Origin: Clostridia bacterium
GTDB lineage: Bacteria > Bacillota > Clostridia > UBA1212 > UBA1255
Reading direction: 5' to 3'
Assembly: GCA_016287565.1 (NCBI GenBank)
Contig: JAEFAM010000001.1
Location: 137,344 to 201,343, forward strand
DNA length: 64,000 bases
Positions within the stretch are counted from its first letter, which is position 1. Each line of letters starts with the position of its first letter. Shown here piece after piece: positions 16,065 through 24,530 of the stretch. Below the pieces are notes generated by a model. It saw nothing but the letters and a program-made list of their open reading frames with translations, did no database searches and was not told the origin of the DNA. A program made the translations under genes and the position numbers.

Positions 16065-18524
16065 ATGACAAAGCCAATCCTCAAAAGAGAATACGCCCAT
16101 CCTGTTTCTTTCCCCCTTCCTCCGCTGTGCGCGCAGGCGCCGCTGGAATTCGAGTGGTTTCCCACAAGGGCCCACTGTTTCGTATTCCGGAATTACGGGC
16201 TGGCGGGCGTTGACCGGCTGGCGGCGGTGCTGGGCTGCGGTCCCGATGAGGTGGAACGGCTGGCAAAAGAGATGGGACTCGGTCCGGAGGATCGGGCGGC
16301 GGAGGGGTTCGAAGAGCGCGGCTTCGTGACGCTGGTGCGCAACAACTGGCACGTGCTCGACTACGACGGACTGGCAGCGCTGCTGGGTATTGACGTGAAC
16401 GAGCTGGCAAAGTTGCTCAGGGAAAGCGATTTTCTTGACGTTAAAATGGGTGGAAGCAAACCTCCGGCGGGCGGGATCGCGGTGGAGCAGCTGAAGCCGG
16501 GCGACGAGGAGAAGCTGGCGCTCATCCGGAGCGTTATGGACGGGATCCGGGACAATTACCGCGAGAAGGCCGCGGAGAGATTCGATTTTTTCAATTTTAA
16601 TTCTGGCGGGCAGGGTGGCTGTCCGGCTGAAGGTTCCGGGCGATCCGGGTCCGCGGAGGGACAATTCGCAGGCCGGTTCAGGAACCGCATGATCTATTCA
16701 TATTCCGCGGTCTTCGGGGACCTGTTCGGCGAAGGGGAGCGCGCCATCGAAAAGGCGTTTCCGGAGGAATTGCTGGCGGAATATTCGCGGCTGGGAATCA
16801 ACGGGTTGTGGGCGCCTGCGCTTTTGAGAGAACTGGCGCCGTTTCCGTTTTTTGGCGATGCGGTTGACGGCGGTCCGGCCGCAAATAACGAGGCTTTTGC
16901 CGCGGAGGTTGCCGGTCAATACCAAAAACGCCTGGAAAATATGCGGAAAACCGTTGACAGACTCGGTCGGTACGGCATCCGGCTGTTCATCTACCTGAAC
17001 GAGCCCCGGAGCCTGCCGGAGGAAGCGTTTCGCGATCATCCGTCAATAAAAGGCGACGTGTCCGGCAGCGACGCGTCCCTGTGCGTTGCCGCGGACGAAG
17101 TGAGAAACTGGCTCAGGGACAGCGCGGAATATATTGTCAGAAACGTGCCCGGCCTGGGCGGGTTCATCACCATCACCGCCTCCGAGAACAAGACGAACTG
17201 CTACAGCGGCTGGATGGGGAAACCTCCCGCAGGGACCGGTTGCCCGCACTGCTCGCGGCTGTCCCGGGAACGTGTGTTCGCGGACGTCAATAACCTGATC
17301 GCGGAGGGTGCAAAGCGCGCGGATCCGAATTTTGAAGTCATTGCCTGGAACTGGGGCTGGGACGCGCCCGGCAGCAGCGAGGCGTCTCTTCGGGCGCTTG
17401 ATTTTCTGGACAACGGGATCTCGGCCATGTGCGTCAGCGAGGGCGGCGCCCGCAAGAACGTCAAGGGCACGGAGACGGTGGTGATAGATTATTCCATCTC
17501 GGTGGGAGGCCCCGGGGAGTGCGCGAGATCGTTCTGGGGCAAGGCCGCGTCGCAGGGGAGGCGGAGTTACGCGAAGATGCAGGTGTCGAACACCTGGGAG
17601 ATCTCAGCGGTGCCTTTTTTGCCTGTTTTCAGGACGGTTTACGGCCACCTGAAGCGGATCTGCGAGACCGGGAGCGTGACCGATCTGATGCTGGGCTGGA
17701 CGCTGGGCGGTTATCCCGGCGACACGCTCAGAATGGCGTCGTTCTTTTACGGAGACGCAGGGGAGAACCGTCGGAGCGCACGAATCGGGCAGGACGGAGA
17801 GAACGGACAGAAATTGCCGGTACCGCCGCTGGAAGAGATATACCGGAAAATGTATCCGGGAGCGTGCGTTGACAGACTCGCCGCGGCCTTTGACGCGTTT
17901 TCCGACGCATTCGACAGCTACCCCTTTTCGCTGGGTACGATCTACACGGCCCCGTTCCAGTACGGCCCCGCGAACCTGCTGTTCACGAAAAAGACGGGTT
18001 ACCGGGCAACGATGGTAGGTTTCCCTTATGACGACGTTGACAGCTGGCGGTCGAATTTTCCCGGGGACACGTTTCGGGCGTGTCTGGAGGAGATGGCGGA
18101 CAAGTGGGAAAAAGGTCTCGAACTGCTTGACGGCGAGCTGGACAATATCCGGAAAACGGTGGATAATTGCAAAAAAAGTGGGGAAAACTGCGAAAAAAGC
18201 GTGGAAAACGTTGAAACGAGTGTGGATACGCTTCGCGTCCTCGAGAGCATCCGGACGATCTCCGAGGCAGTGCTTGTCCATTTCCGGTCGGTGCTGAACC
18301 AGTTCGCGTTTGTGTGCGACAGGGACAGAGGCGTTGTCCGCAGGGACCTTTTGGAGAGCGAATCGGCTCTTGCAATGCGGCTGATCGGCTGCGTCCGGAA
18401 TGATCCGCGCATCGGCTTCGAGGCGTCCAACCACTATTTTTACACGGAGAGAAATCTGGCGGAAAAGATGATCAACTGCGAGTACTTGTTGAGAACGTCC
18501 GGCTGTTCTCATGTGGAAAGGTGA
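16065..18524 (+). CDS. Hypothetical 819-aa protein, possibly a TIM-barrel (clan GH-A-like) glycoside hydrolase.
   Basis: YLNEP motif (clan GH-A acid/base-like), CVSEGG, NWGWDAPG and a Cys cluster CPHCS. No signal peptide. Its C-terminal codons run into a repeat element. Confidence 0.65.
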   Translation: MTKPILKREYAHPVSFPLPPLCAQAPLEFEWFPTRAHCFVFRNYGLAGVDRLAAVLGCGPDEVERLAKEMGLGPEDRAAEGFEERGFVTLVRNNWHVLDYDGLAALLGIDVNELAKLLRESDFLDVKMGGSKPPAGGIAVEQLKPGDEEKLALIRSVMDGIRDNYREKAAERFDFFNFNSGGQGGCPAEGSGRSGSAEGQFAGRFRNRMIYSYSAVFGDLFGEGERAIEKAFPEELLAEYSRLGINGLWAPALLRELAPFPFFGDAVDGGPAANNEAFAAEVAGQYQKRLENMRKTVDRLGRYGIRLFIYLNEPRSLPEEAFRDHPSIKGDVSGSDASLCVAADEVRNWLRDSAEYIVRNVPGLGGFITITASENKTNCYSGWMGKPPAGTGCPHCSRLSRERVFADVNNLIAEGAKRADPNFEVIAWNWGWDAPGSSEASLRALDFLDNGISAMCVSEGGARKNVKGTETVVIDYSISVGGPGECARSFWGKAASQGRRSYAKMQVSNTWEISAVPFLPVFRTVYGHLKRICETGSVTDLMLGWTLGGYPGDTLRMASFFYGDAGENRRSARIGQDGENGQKLPVPPLEEIYRKMYPGACVDRLAAAFDAFSDAFDSYPFSLGTIYTAPFQYGPANLLFTKKTGYRATMVGFPYDDVDSWRSNFPGDTFRACLEEMADKWEKGLELLDGELDNIRKTVDNCKKSGENCEKSVENVETSVDTLRVLESIRTISEAVLVHFRSVLNQFAFVCDRDRGVVRRDLLESESALAMRLIGCVRNDPRIGFEASNHYFYTERNLAEKMINCEYLLRTSGCSHVER

Positions 18525-18599
18525 CAGTGGAACGGTGACAGACTTGAGTTTTCGTGCCGTCAAACGGTTCTCGAACGGGTGACAGACTTGATTTAATTT
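18520..18599 (+). repeat. Dispersed repeat element E1 (modules A+, B+, A+) overlapping the stop codon of the upstream CDS.
   Basis: AACGGTGACAGACTTGAGTTTT / CGTGCCGTCAAACGGTTCTCG / AACGGGTGACAGACTTGATTT. Confidence 0.8.
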
Positions 18600-18676
18600 C
18601 CCGGCTCGGGTAAGATACCGGCGAAGGGCCGTTGACCCAAAACGAGCGGATGCAGTAGATAAGGAGCAAGGCAGAT

Positions 18677-19963
18677 ATGGCGGAAGCAGCGGAGAAACGT
18701 GTTGACCCGGGAGCAGGAGCAGAAGAGCCGAGGCCGGAGCCGAGAGTTGCCCGGTTCGAGCAGCTGGCGTTCGGGATGTTTGTGCATTTCGGGCTTTATT
18801 CGATACTGGGGCGCGGCGAATGGGTGCGCGAGATCGAAAAGATCCCGGCGGACGAGTACGAGCCGCTGGCCGGGCGGTTCGAGCCGGGCAATATGCGGCA
18901 GATCGTCAAGGTCGCGAAGGCGGCGGGCTGTTCGTACGTGACGTTGACAACGCGGCATCACGACGGTTTTTCGTTGTACGATGCAGGCGAAGCGAATGAG
19001 AATGTTTGCGATGCTTTTGACGCGGTCAGGTCAGCCGCCGGGCGCGATCTGGTTGCCGAATTTGTTGACGCGTGCCGGGGCGAGGGGCTGTTGCCGTTCT
19101 TTTATCACACGACGCTGGACTGGCACCGGCGGGAATTTCGCGAGGATTTCCCGGCGTATTTGCGGTATCTGGAGCGGAGCGTGGAGATCCTGTGCCGGAA
19201 TTACGGGCCGGTGGGCGGTTTCTGGTTCGACGGCAACTGGTCGCGAAACGACGTTGACTGGCAGGAAGAGAGGCTTTACAAGCTGATCCGGCGACTTCAG
19301 CCGGAGGCGATGATCATCAACAACACCGGGCTGGAGGCGCGCGGCAAACTCGGGTGCGAGGAAATCGACGCGGTCACCTTCGAGCGAGGGCGGCCTGATC
19401 CGATGGACCGGCGGGGGCAACCGAAATACGTTGCCGCGGAGATGTGCGAGACGCTTTGCGACCATTGGGGCAAGGCGGCGCTTGACGTCAATTTCAAGTC
19501 GGTGGGCCTGCTGATCGAGGAGCTTTGCGAGTGCCGGAAGGTTGGGGCCAATTTTTTGCTGAACGTGGGGCCGGACGGTGACGGTTCGGTGGACGGTATG
19601 CAGCGGGCGACGATGGAGTGCATCGGGCGCTGGATGAGCGTGTATGGAAGGGCGATCCGCAACGGGCGTCCTTTTTTGCGTTATCCTGACCGGCGGGAGT
19701 TCCTGCTCCGCGACGCTTTTGACGACAATGTCGCGTATCTTTTTAAATTTGATCCTTCGAAATATGTGGAGCCGGGGCCGGTCGCGCCGGACGCCAACCG
19801 TCTGGTGCTGGGGCGGATCCCGGGAAAAGTCGCGTCGATCCGCTGGATGGACGGGAAAGAGGCGGCTTTCGAGCAGCGCGGCAACGAGCTGGCGGTGGAG
19901 CTGACGCCTTTTCCGTACGGGACGAGCTTTCCGGTGCGGGTGGCGGAGGTCGTGTTTGAATAA
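18677..19963 (+). CDS. Alpha-L-fucosidase (GH29).
   Basis: FGMFVHFGLYS...AKAAGCSYVTLTTRHHDGFSLYD...FWFDGNW are diagnostic GH29 motifs. Confidence 0.85.
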   Translation: MAEAAEKRVDPGAGAEEPRPEPRVARFEQLAFGMFVHFGLYSILGRGEWVREIEKIPADEYEPLAGRFEPGNMRQIVKVAKAAGCSYVTLTTRHHDGFSLYDAGEANENVCDAFDAVRSAAGRDLVAEFVDACRGEGLLPFFYHTTLDWHRREFREDFPAYLRYLERSVEILCRNYGPVGGFWFDGNWSRNDVDWQEERLYKLIRRLQPEAMIINNTGLEARGKLGCEEIDAVTFERGRPDPMDRRGQPKYVAAEMCETLCDHWGKAALDVNFKSVGLLIEELCECRKVGANFLLNVGPDGDGSVDGMQRATMECIGRWMSVYGRAIRNGRPFLRYPDRREFLLRDAFDDNVAYLFKFDPSKYVEPGPVAPDANRLVLGRIPGKVASIRWMDGKEAAFEQRGNELAVELTPFPYGTSFPVRVAEVVFE

Positions 19964-20094
19964 GCGAGAACCGTTTGACGGCACGCAAAAAGCAAGTCTG
20001 TCACGCGTTCGCACCTCGGAAAAACCAAGTCTGTCACCTGTTCGCTTACCCGTCTAAACGGCTTCGCGTGAATACCTAAATAAGGAAGACAATT
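19964..20094 (-). repeat. Dispersed repeat element E2 (B-, A-, A-, partial C, D). Module D AATAAGGAAG supplies the RBS of the downstream gene.
   Basis: GCGAGAACCGTTTGACGGCACG, two CAAGTCTGTCAC units, TTACCCGTCTAAACGGCTTCGCG, then CCTAAATAAGGAAGACAATT just before the ATG. Confidence 0.8.
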
Positions 20095-21036
20095 ATGAGC
20101 AATATCATTGAAATAAACAGCCTCGACGCACCTGAACTTGACCCGATCCTGCGGCTCACCGGCCGCCAGCTGGTCAATAAATTGCACCCCGACGAGGGGT
20201 CGTTCGTCGTCGAGAGCCCGATCGCTATTGACGCGGCGCTTACCGCCGGGTGCGAACCCGTGGCGCTGCTGGTGGAGGAGCGGTTCATCCGGGGCAATAT
20301 GCAGGGCAGGGCGGCGGAAATCGTTGACCGTGTCGGCAATGCGCCGGTCTACGTGGCTTCCCGGGAGCTGCTTGCGGGAATAACCGGCTTCGAGCTGACG
20401 CGCGGGGCAATGTGCGTGATGCGGAGGCCGGCGGAGCGGGGCTGGCGCGAGGTGATTGCCGGGGCAAGAAGGGTCGCCGTGCTGGAAAATATCGTTGACA
20501 GCACTAACGTGGGGGCAATTTTTCGCTCTGCCGCGGGGCTGGGCATTGACACGGTGCTGCTGACGCCCGAGTGCTGCGATCCGCTGTGCAGGCGTGCGGT
20601 GCGCGTGAGCATGGGGACGGTGTTGATGGTGCCTTTTGCGCGGATCTGCGAGGAAGCGGAAAACAGGCCGCGAACGGGGGACAGACTTGGGTTTTCGCCG
20701 GCGCGAACGGGGGACAGACTTGGGTTTTCGCCGCCGCGAACGGGTGACAGACTTGAGTTTTCCGGGTCCGGCTGGCCTCTTCCGGCGATCGACGAATTGA
20801 AAAAAAGCGGGTTCAAACTGGCGGCAATGGCGCTTCGCGACGACTCTCTGGCGGTCAACGACCCTGCCCTTCGCTCGGCGGAGAAGCTGGCGATCGTTCT
20901 GGGCACGGAGGGTGACGGACTTCTGCAGGAGACGATCGACAATTGCGATTACACGGTCTGCATTCCCATGGCGGGGCGGGTCGATTCATTGAACGTCGGA
21001 GCCGCAGCGGCCATCGCATTTTTCGAAATGGTTTAA
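20095..21036 (+). CDS. TrmH/SpoU-family RNA 2'-O-methyltransferase (RlmB-like), carrying an in-frame 33-aa insertion derived from the repeat element.
   Basis: SpoU motifs VLENIVDSTNVGAIFRSAAGLG, LAIVLGTEGDGL, CIPMAGRVDSLNVGAAAAIAF. An inserted (RTGDRLGFSPA)x3 segment sits between conserved blocks. Confidence 0.85.
   Translation: MSNIIEINSLDAPELDPILRLTGRQLVNKLHPDEGSFVVESPIAIDAALTAGCEPVALLVEERFIRGNMQGRAAEIVDRVGNAPVYVASRELLAGITGFELTRGAMCVMRRPAERGWREVIAGARRVAVLENIVDSTNVGAIFRSAAGLGIDTVLLTPECCDPLCRRAVRVSMGTVLMVPFARICEEAENRPRTGDRLGFSPARTGDRLGFSPPRTGDRLEFSGSGWPLPAIDELKKSGFKLAAMALRDDSLAVNDPALRSAEKLAIVLGTEGDGLLQETIDNCDYTVCIPMAGRVDSLNVGAAAAIAFFEMV
20668..20765 (+). repeat. Three tandem 33-nt copies of repeat module A inside the TrmH-family CDS (in-frame).
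   Basis: CGAACGGGGGACAGACTTGGGTTTTCGCCGGCG x2 plus CGAACGGGTGACAGACTTGAGTTTTCCGG. Confidence 0.85.
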
Positions 21037-21043
21037 GTCAGGT

Positions 21044-21208
21044 GCGAACAGGTAACAGACTTGAGTTTTTGTCCTACCTCATTTAAAAACCAGCGAGAAG
21101 CCGTTTAGACTGGTAAGAATTTTGTCTTTCCAAAATTCGTGCCGTCAAACGGTTCTCGTGCGAACAGGTGACAGACTTGAGTTTTTCCCTTGAGTTTTTC
21201 CTCTTTCC
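21044..21208 (+). repeat. Dispersed repeat element E4 (A+, C-, B+, A+, partial tail).
   Basis: GCGAACAGGTAACAGACTTGAGTTTTT ... CGAGAAGCCGTTTAGACTGGTAAGAATTTTGTCTTTCCAAAATT CGTGCCGTCAAACGGTTCTCG TGCGAACAGGTGACAGACTTGAGTTTTT. Confidence 0.8.
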
Positions 21209-21257
21209 TCATAAAAAAACGCCGTTTGCCTATATAACAACCAGACCATTTATGCTA

Positions 21258-21266
21258 TAATGTTGA
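21258..21266 (+). promoter_or_regulatory. Extended -10 element (TGcTATAAT) upstream of xylA.
   Basis: TGCTATAAT lies 35 nt upstream of the xylA ATG. No clear -35. Confidence 0.35.
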
Positions 21267-21300
21267 CACCAACTGCAAAACCATCAACGGAGGATCGATC

Positions 21301-22617
21301 ATGGGCAGGTTTTTTGACTCGGACAAAATCACCTACAGAAGCGGCGCAAAAAGAGAGTTCCTTTGGTATGACCCGGAGCGGGTCGTCCTGGGCAAAACGA
21401 TGCGCGAGCACCTGAAATTTGCCGCGTCCTACTGGCACACGTTCGTTGCCGAGGGAGCGGATATGTTTGGCGTCGGCGTGCTGGACAAAAAGTTCGGCGG
21501 CGTTGACCCGTTCGACGTTTACCGGCGGAAGGCGGAAGCGGCGGCGGAGTTTATGGACATTCTGGGCATTGATTATTACTGTTTCCACGACCGCGACATT
21601 GCCCCGGAGGCTGCGACGCTGGCGGAAACCAACAGGAATCTTGACGAACTCAGCGATTATCTCGGAAAAGTGATGGCGGATCACGGCAAAAAACTGCTTT
21701 GGGGCACGGCGAACCTGTTCAACAACCCCCGTTATATGCACGGAGCCGGAACGTCGCCGTCGGTCGACGTGTTCGCGTTTGCCGCGGCGCAGGTCAAAAA
21801 GGCGCTTGACGTGACGGTCAAGCTGGGCGGCAACGGGTACGTTTTCTGGGGCGGCCGTGAAGGTTACGAGACGCTGCTCAACACGGATGTGGGTCTGGAG
21901 CAGGACAATATGGCGCGGCTGCTGTGGATGGCGGTTAATTACGGGCGCAAGATCGGTTTCAAGGGCGATTTCTACATCGAACCCAAGCCGAAGGAGCCCA
22001 CGAAGCACCAGTACGACTTCGACGCGGCAACGGTCATCGGATTTTTGCAGAAATACGGGCTTCAGAACGAGTTTAAGCTCAATATCGAGGCCAATCACGC
22101 CACGCTTGCCGGGCACACGTTCCAGCACGAGCTCAATATTGCCCGCGTCAACGGCGCGTTCGGTTCGATCGACGCGAATCAGGGCGACCTGCTGCTGGGC
22201 TGGGACACGGACCAGTTCCCGTCTGACCCCTACGAGGCAACGCTTTGCATGCTCGAAGTGCTGAAAGCCGGCGGCTTTACCAACGGCGGCCTCAATTTCG
22301 ACGCCAAGATACGCCGCGGCTCCTGCCGTCTGGACGATATGCTTGACGGGTACGTTCTGGGCATGGACACTTTCGCGCTGGGCCTGCTCACCGCCGCCCG
22401 TATTCTGGAAGACGGCAGATTGGAGGACCTGCGCGCGGACCGCTACGCTTCCTGGAACGGCGAGCTGGGGCAACGCATCCGTTCGGGCAATTCTTCTCTC
22501 GAGGAGCTGTCGGATTACGCTCTCGCGAAGGGCGATGTCCTGTCAAGTGTGGAGAGCGGCCGACAGGAGTACCTGGAGCACATGGTCAATCAGTTATTGT
22601 TTTCTTCTGATAAGTGA
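21301..22617 (+). CDS. xylA: Xylose isomerase.
   Basis: 438 aa. [23 protein letters not shown] and FEPKP..., full-length class II XylA pattern. Confidence 0.9.
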   Translation: MGRFFDSDKITYRSGAKREFLWYDPERVVLGKTMREHLKFAASYWHTFVAEGADMFGVGVLDKKFGGVDPFDVYRRKAEAAAEFMDILGIDYYCFHDRDIAPEAATLAETNRNLDELSDYLGKVMADHGKKLLWGTANLFNNPRYMHGAGTSPSVDVFAFAAAQVKKALDVTVKLGGNGYVFWGGREGYETLLNTDVGLEQDNMARLLWMAVNYGRKIGFKGDFYIEPKPKEPTKHQYDFDAATVIGFLQKYGLQNEFKLNIEANHATLAGHTFQHELNIARVNGAFGSIDANQGDLLLGWDTDQFPSDPYEATLCMLEVLKAGGFTNGGLNFDAKIRRGSCRLDDMLDGYVLGMDTFALGLLTAARILEDGRLEDLRADRYASWNGELGQRIRSGNSSLEELSDYALAKGDVLSSVESGRQEYLEHMVNQLLFSSDK

Positions 22618-22640
22618 CGAGCGAAATAACGAAGGCAGAT

Positions 22641-22664
22641 GCGGGCGAAGGCCCGCATTTGTTT
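22641..22664 (+). terminator. Intrinsic terminator after xylA (GCGGGC-gaag-GCCCGC followed by ATTTGTTT).
   Basis: Perfect 6-bp GC stem followed by a T-rich tract. Confidence 0.55.
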
Positions 22665-22722
22665 GAGCGGTTCGCGGAAAAACTTGGGTTTTAATCCCGC
22701 CCGAAGATAAAAAGGAGTCGAC

Positions 22723-24300
22723 ATGAAAAAATTTTTAGGCATCGAACTGGGATCCACGAGGATAAAATCCGTCCTCACCGACGAACGGGGGACAGTGATC
22801 GCGAAAGGCATATTCGACTGGGAAAACAGGCTTGTCCGGGGGCTGTGGAGCTACGACCTGGACGAAGCGCTGCGAGGCCTGGCGGAGAGTTACAAAGAGC
22901 TCTCGGAGGAATATGCGAAAAAAACGGGAGAAACGCTGAAAAAAGTTGACGCGGTGGGAATTTCCGGCATGATGCACGGATATCTGGCGCTGGACGACGA
23001 AGACCGGCAGGTGGGGATATTCCAGACGTGGCGCAACACCCACACGGAAGCCGCGGCGACGGAATTGTCCGAGCTGTTCCGGTTCAACGTGCCGCAGCGG
23101 TGGAGCGTTGCCCAGTATTACCAGGCGGAGCTGTCCGGCGAGGACCACGTCAGGCATGCGGCGAAGCTGTTCACGCTGGCGGGGTACGTGCATTACAGGC
23201 TCACGGGCAACCACGTGTCGGGCGTGGGCGAGGCGTCGGGCATGTTTCCGGTGAACGGGAACGATTACGACGGAACAATGATCGAGGCGTTCGACAGGCG
23301 GCTGGCCGAGCGGGGGCTCCAGGTGCGGTTCCGTCAACTGCTTCCGAGGATCCAGATGGCGGGCGAGATCGGCGGCTATCTGACGCCCGAAGGCGCGAAA
23401 CTGATCGATCCCAGCGGCGAGCTGCTGCCGGGAGCGCCGCTGTGCCCTCCCGAAGGCGACATTCAGACCAATATGGTCTGCGCCAACTCCATCGCGGCGG
23501 GCGCGGGCAACGTTTCTGCCGGCACTTCCTGCAATCTGGTTGCCGTGCTGGACAAGCTTCCGGCCACTTACAGCCCCGACATCGACATCGTTTCCACGCC
23601 CGACGGATTGCCCGCGGCAATGATACATTCCAACAACTGCACTTCCGAGATCAACGCCTGGATCAACCTTTTCGGTGAATTGACCGCGCTTTTCGGACGG
23701 GAAGTGCCTAAAAACGAGCTTTTCCGGCAGCTTTTCCGCCATTCGCTGGAGAGCGACGGCGACGTGGGCGGCCTCGTGGGGTACAACTACCTGGCGGGCG
23801 AGGCCATTGCCGGGTGCGAGACCGGCGCCCTGACCGTCTCCCGCAACCCCTCGGGCAAGCTTTCTCTTGCCAACTTTATGCAGATGCAGATCTATTCCGC
23901 GCTGGGTGCGCTGTCTCTCGGCGTGGACAATCTTCGTTCCATCGGGGCCAACATCCGTTTCGTTACGGCGGCGGGCGGCTATTACAAGACCGAGTTCGTG
24001 GGGCAGAACGCTACTTCGTCAATGTTTGGCGTTCCCGTGACGGTGATGGCGGGCGCGGGCGAGGGCGGCCCCTGGGGCATGGCCCTGCTGGCGATCTATA
24101 TGTTCGTCGCGAACGGGGGACAGACTTGCGTTCGCGGCGGTGAGCTGACGCTGGCGCGGTTCCTGGACGACGTCTTTGCCGACGTGGAGAAGACTACCGT
24201 CATGGCGACGCAGGAGGAGATCGACAAGTGCCGCCGGTTTACCGAGAGGTACAAGAAGTGCCTTGACGCGCAGCGCAGGATGACGGAGCTTATTCGATAA
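22723..24300 (+). CDS. FGGY-family carbohydrate kinase (putative xylulokinase) with a 9-aa in-frame repeat-derived insertion.
   Basis: GIELGSTRIKSV N-terminal ATPase motif. About 525 aa. Follows xylA. RBS AAAGGAG. The NGGQTCVRG segment is encoded by the repeat. Confidence 0.8.
   Translation: MKKFLGIELGSTRIKSVLTDERGTVIAKGIFDWENRLVRGLWSYDLDEALRGLAESYKELSEEYAKKTGETLKKVDAVGISGMMHGYLALDDEDRQVGIFQTWRNTHTEAAATELSELFRFNVPQRWSVAQYYQAELSGEDHVRHAAKLFTLAGYVHYRLTGNHVSGVGEASGMFPVNGNDYDGTMIEAFDRRLAERGLQVRFRQLLPRIQMAGEIGGYLTPEGAKLIDPSGELLPGAPLCPPEGDIQTNMVCANSIAAGAGNVSAGTSCNLVAVLDKLPATYSPDIDIVSTPDGLPAAMIHSNNCTSEINAWINLFGELTALFGREVPKNELFRQLFRHSLESDGDVGGLVGYNYLAGEAIAGCETGALTVSRNPSGKLSLANFMQMQIYSALGALSLGVDNLRSIGANIRFVTAAGGYYKTEFVGQNATSSMFGVPVTVMAGAGEGGPWGMALLAIYMFVANGGQTCVRGGELTLARFLDDVFADVEKTTVMATQEEIDKCRRFTERYKKCLDAQRRMTELIR
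24108..24136 (+). repeat. Single repeat module A (palindromic CGCGAACG-GGGGACAGACTTG-CGTTCGCG) inserted in-frame in the FGGY kinase CDS.
   Basis: Identical 27-nt core to the copy at 39299-39327. Confidence 0.8.
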
Positions 24301-24302
24301 AG

Positions 24303-24450
24303 ACGCGAACCGTTTGACGGCACGAAGCGCGAACCGTTTGAGGGCACGAATTTTGGAAAGACAAAATTCTTACCCGCCTAAACGGCTTCGCGCGGGTTTT
24401 AAATAAGGAAAGAATTGCCCGAAACCCAAGTCTGTCACCTGTTCGCGGGC
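24303..24450 (-). repeat. Dispersed repeat element E6 (B-, B-, C, D, A-).
   Basis: GCGAACCGTTTGACGGCACGAA x2, AATTTTGGAAAGACAAAATTCTTACCCGCCTAAACGGCTTCGCG, TTAAATAAGGAAAG, CCCAAGTCTGTCACCTGTTCGCG. Confidence 0.8.
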
Positions 24451-24474
24451 GGCGAACGGCGGGCGCCTATTAAG

Positions 24475-24503
24475 TTGACACGTCCGGGCAACGCTTTTAT
24501 AAT
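24475..24503 (+). promoter_or_regulatory. Consensus sigma-A promoter (TTGACA, 17 bp, TATAAT) for the downstream lipoprotein gene.
   Basis: Perfect hexamers and spacing read directly. RBS GGGAGGG before ATG 24531. Confidence 0.6.
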
Positions 24504-24530
24504 TACTGCATTCCCTGGGAGGGCAGCAGA

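Noticed and set aside
18525-21215. Repeat elements as a phage or IS remnant carrying a transposase.
   Set aside because: No transposase or integrase ORF and no long terminal inverted repeats. The elements are 60-200 bp, non-coding, modular and MITE/REP-like.
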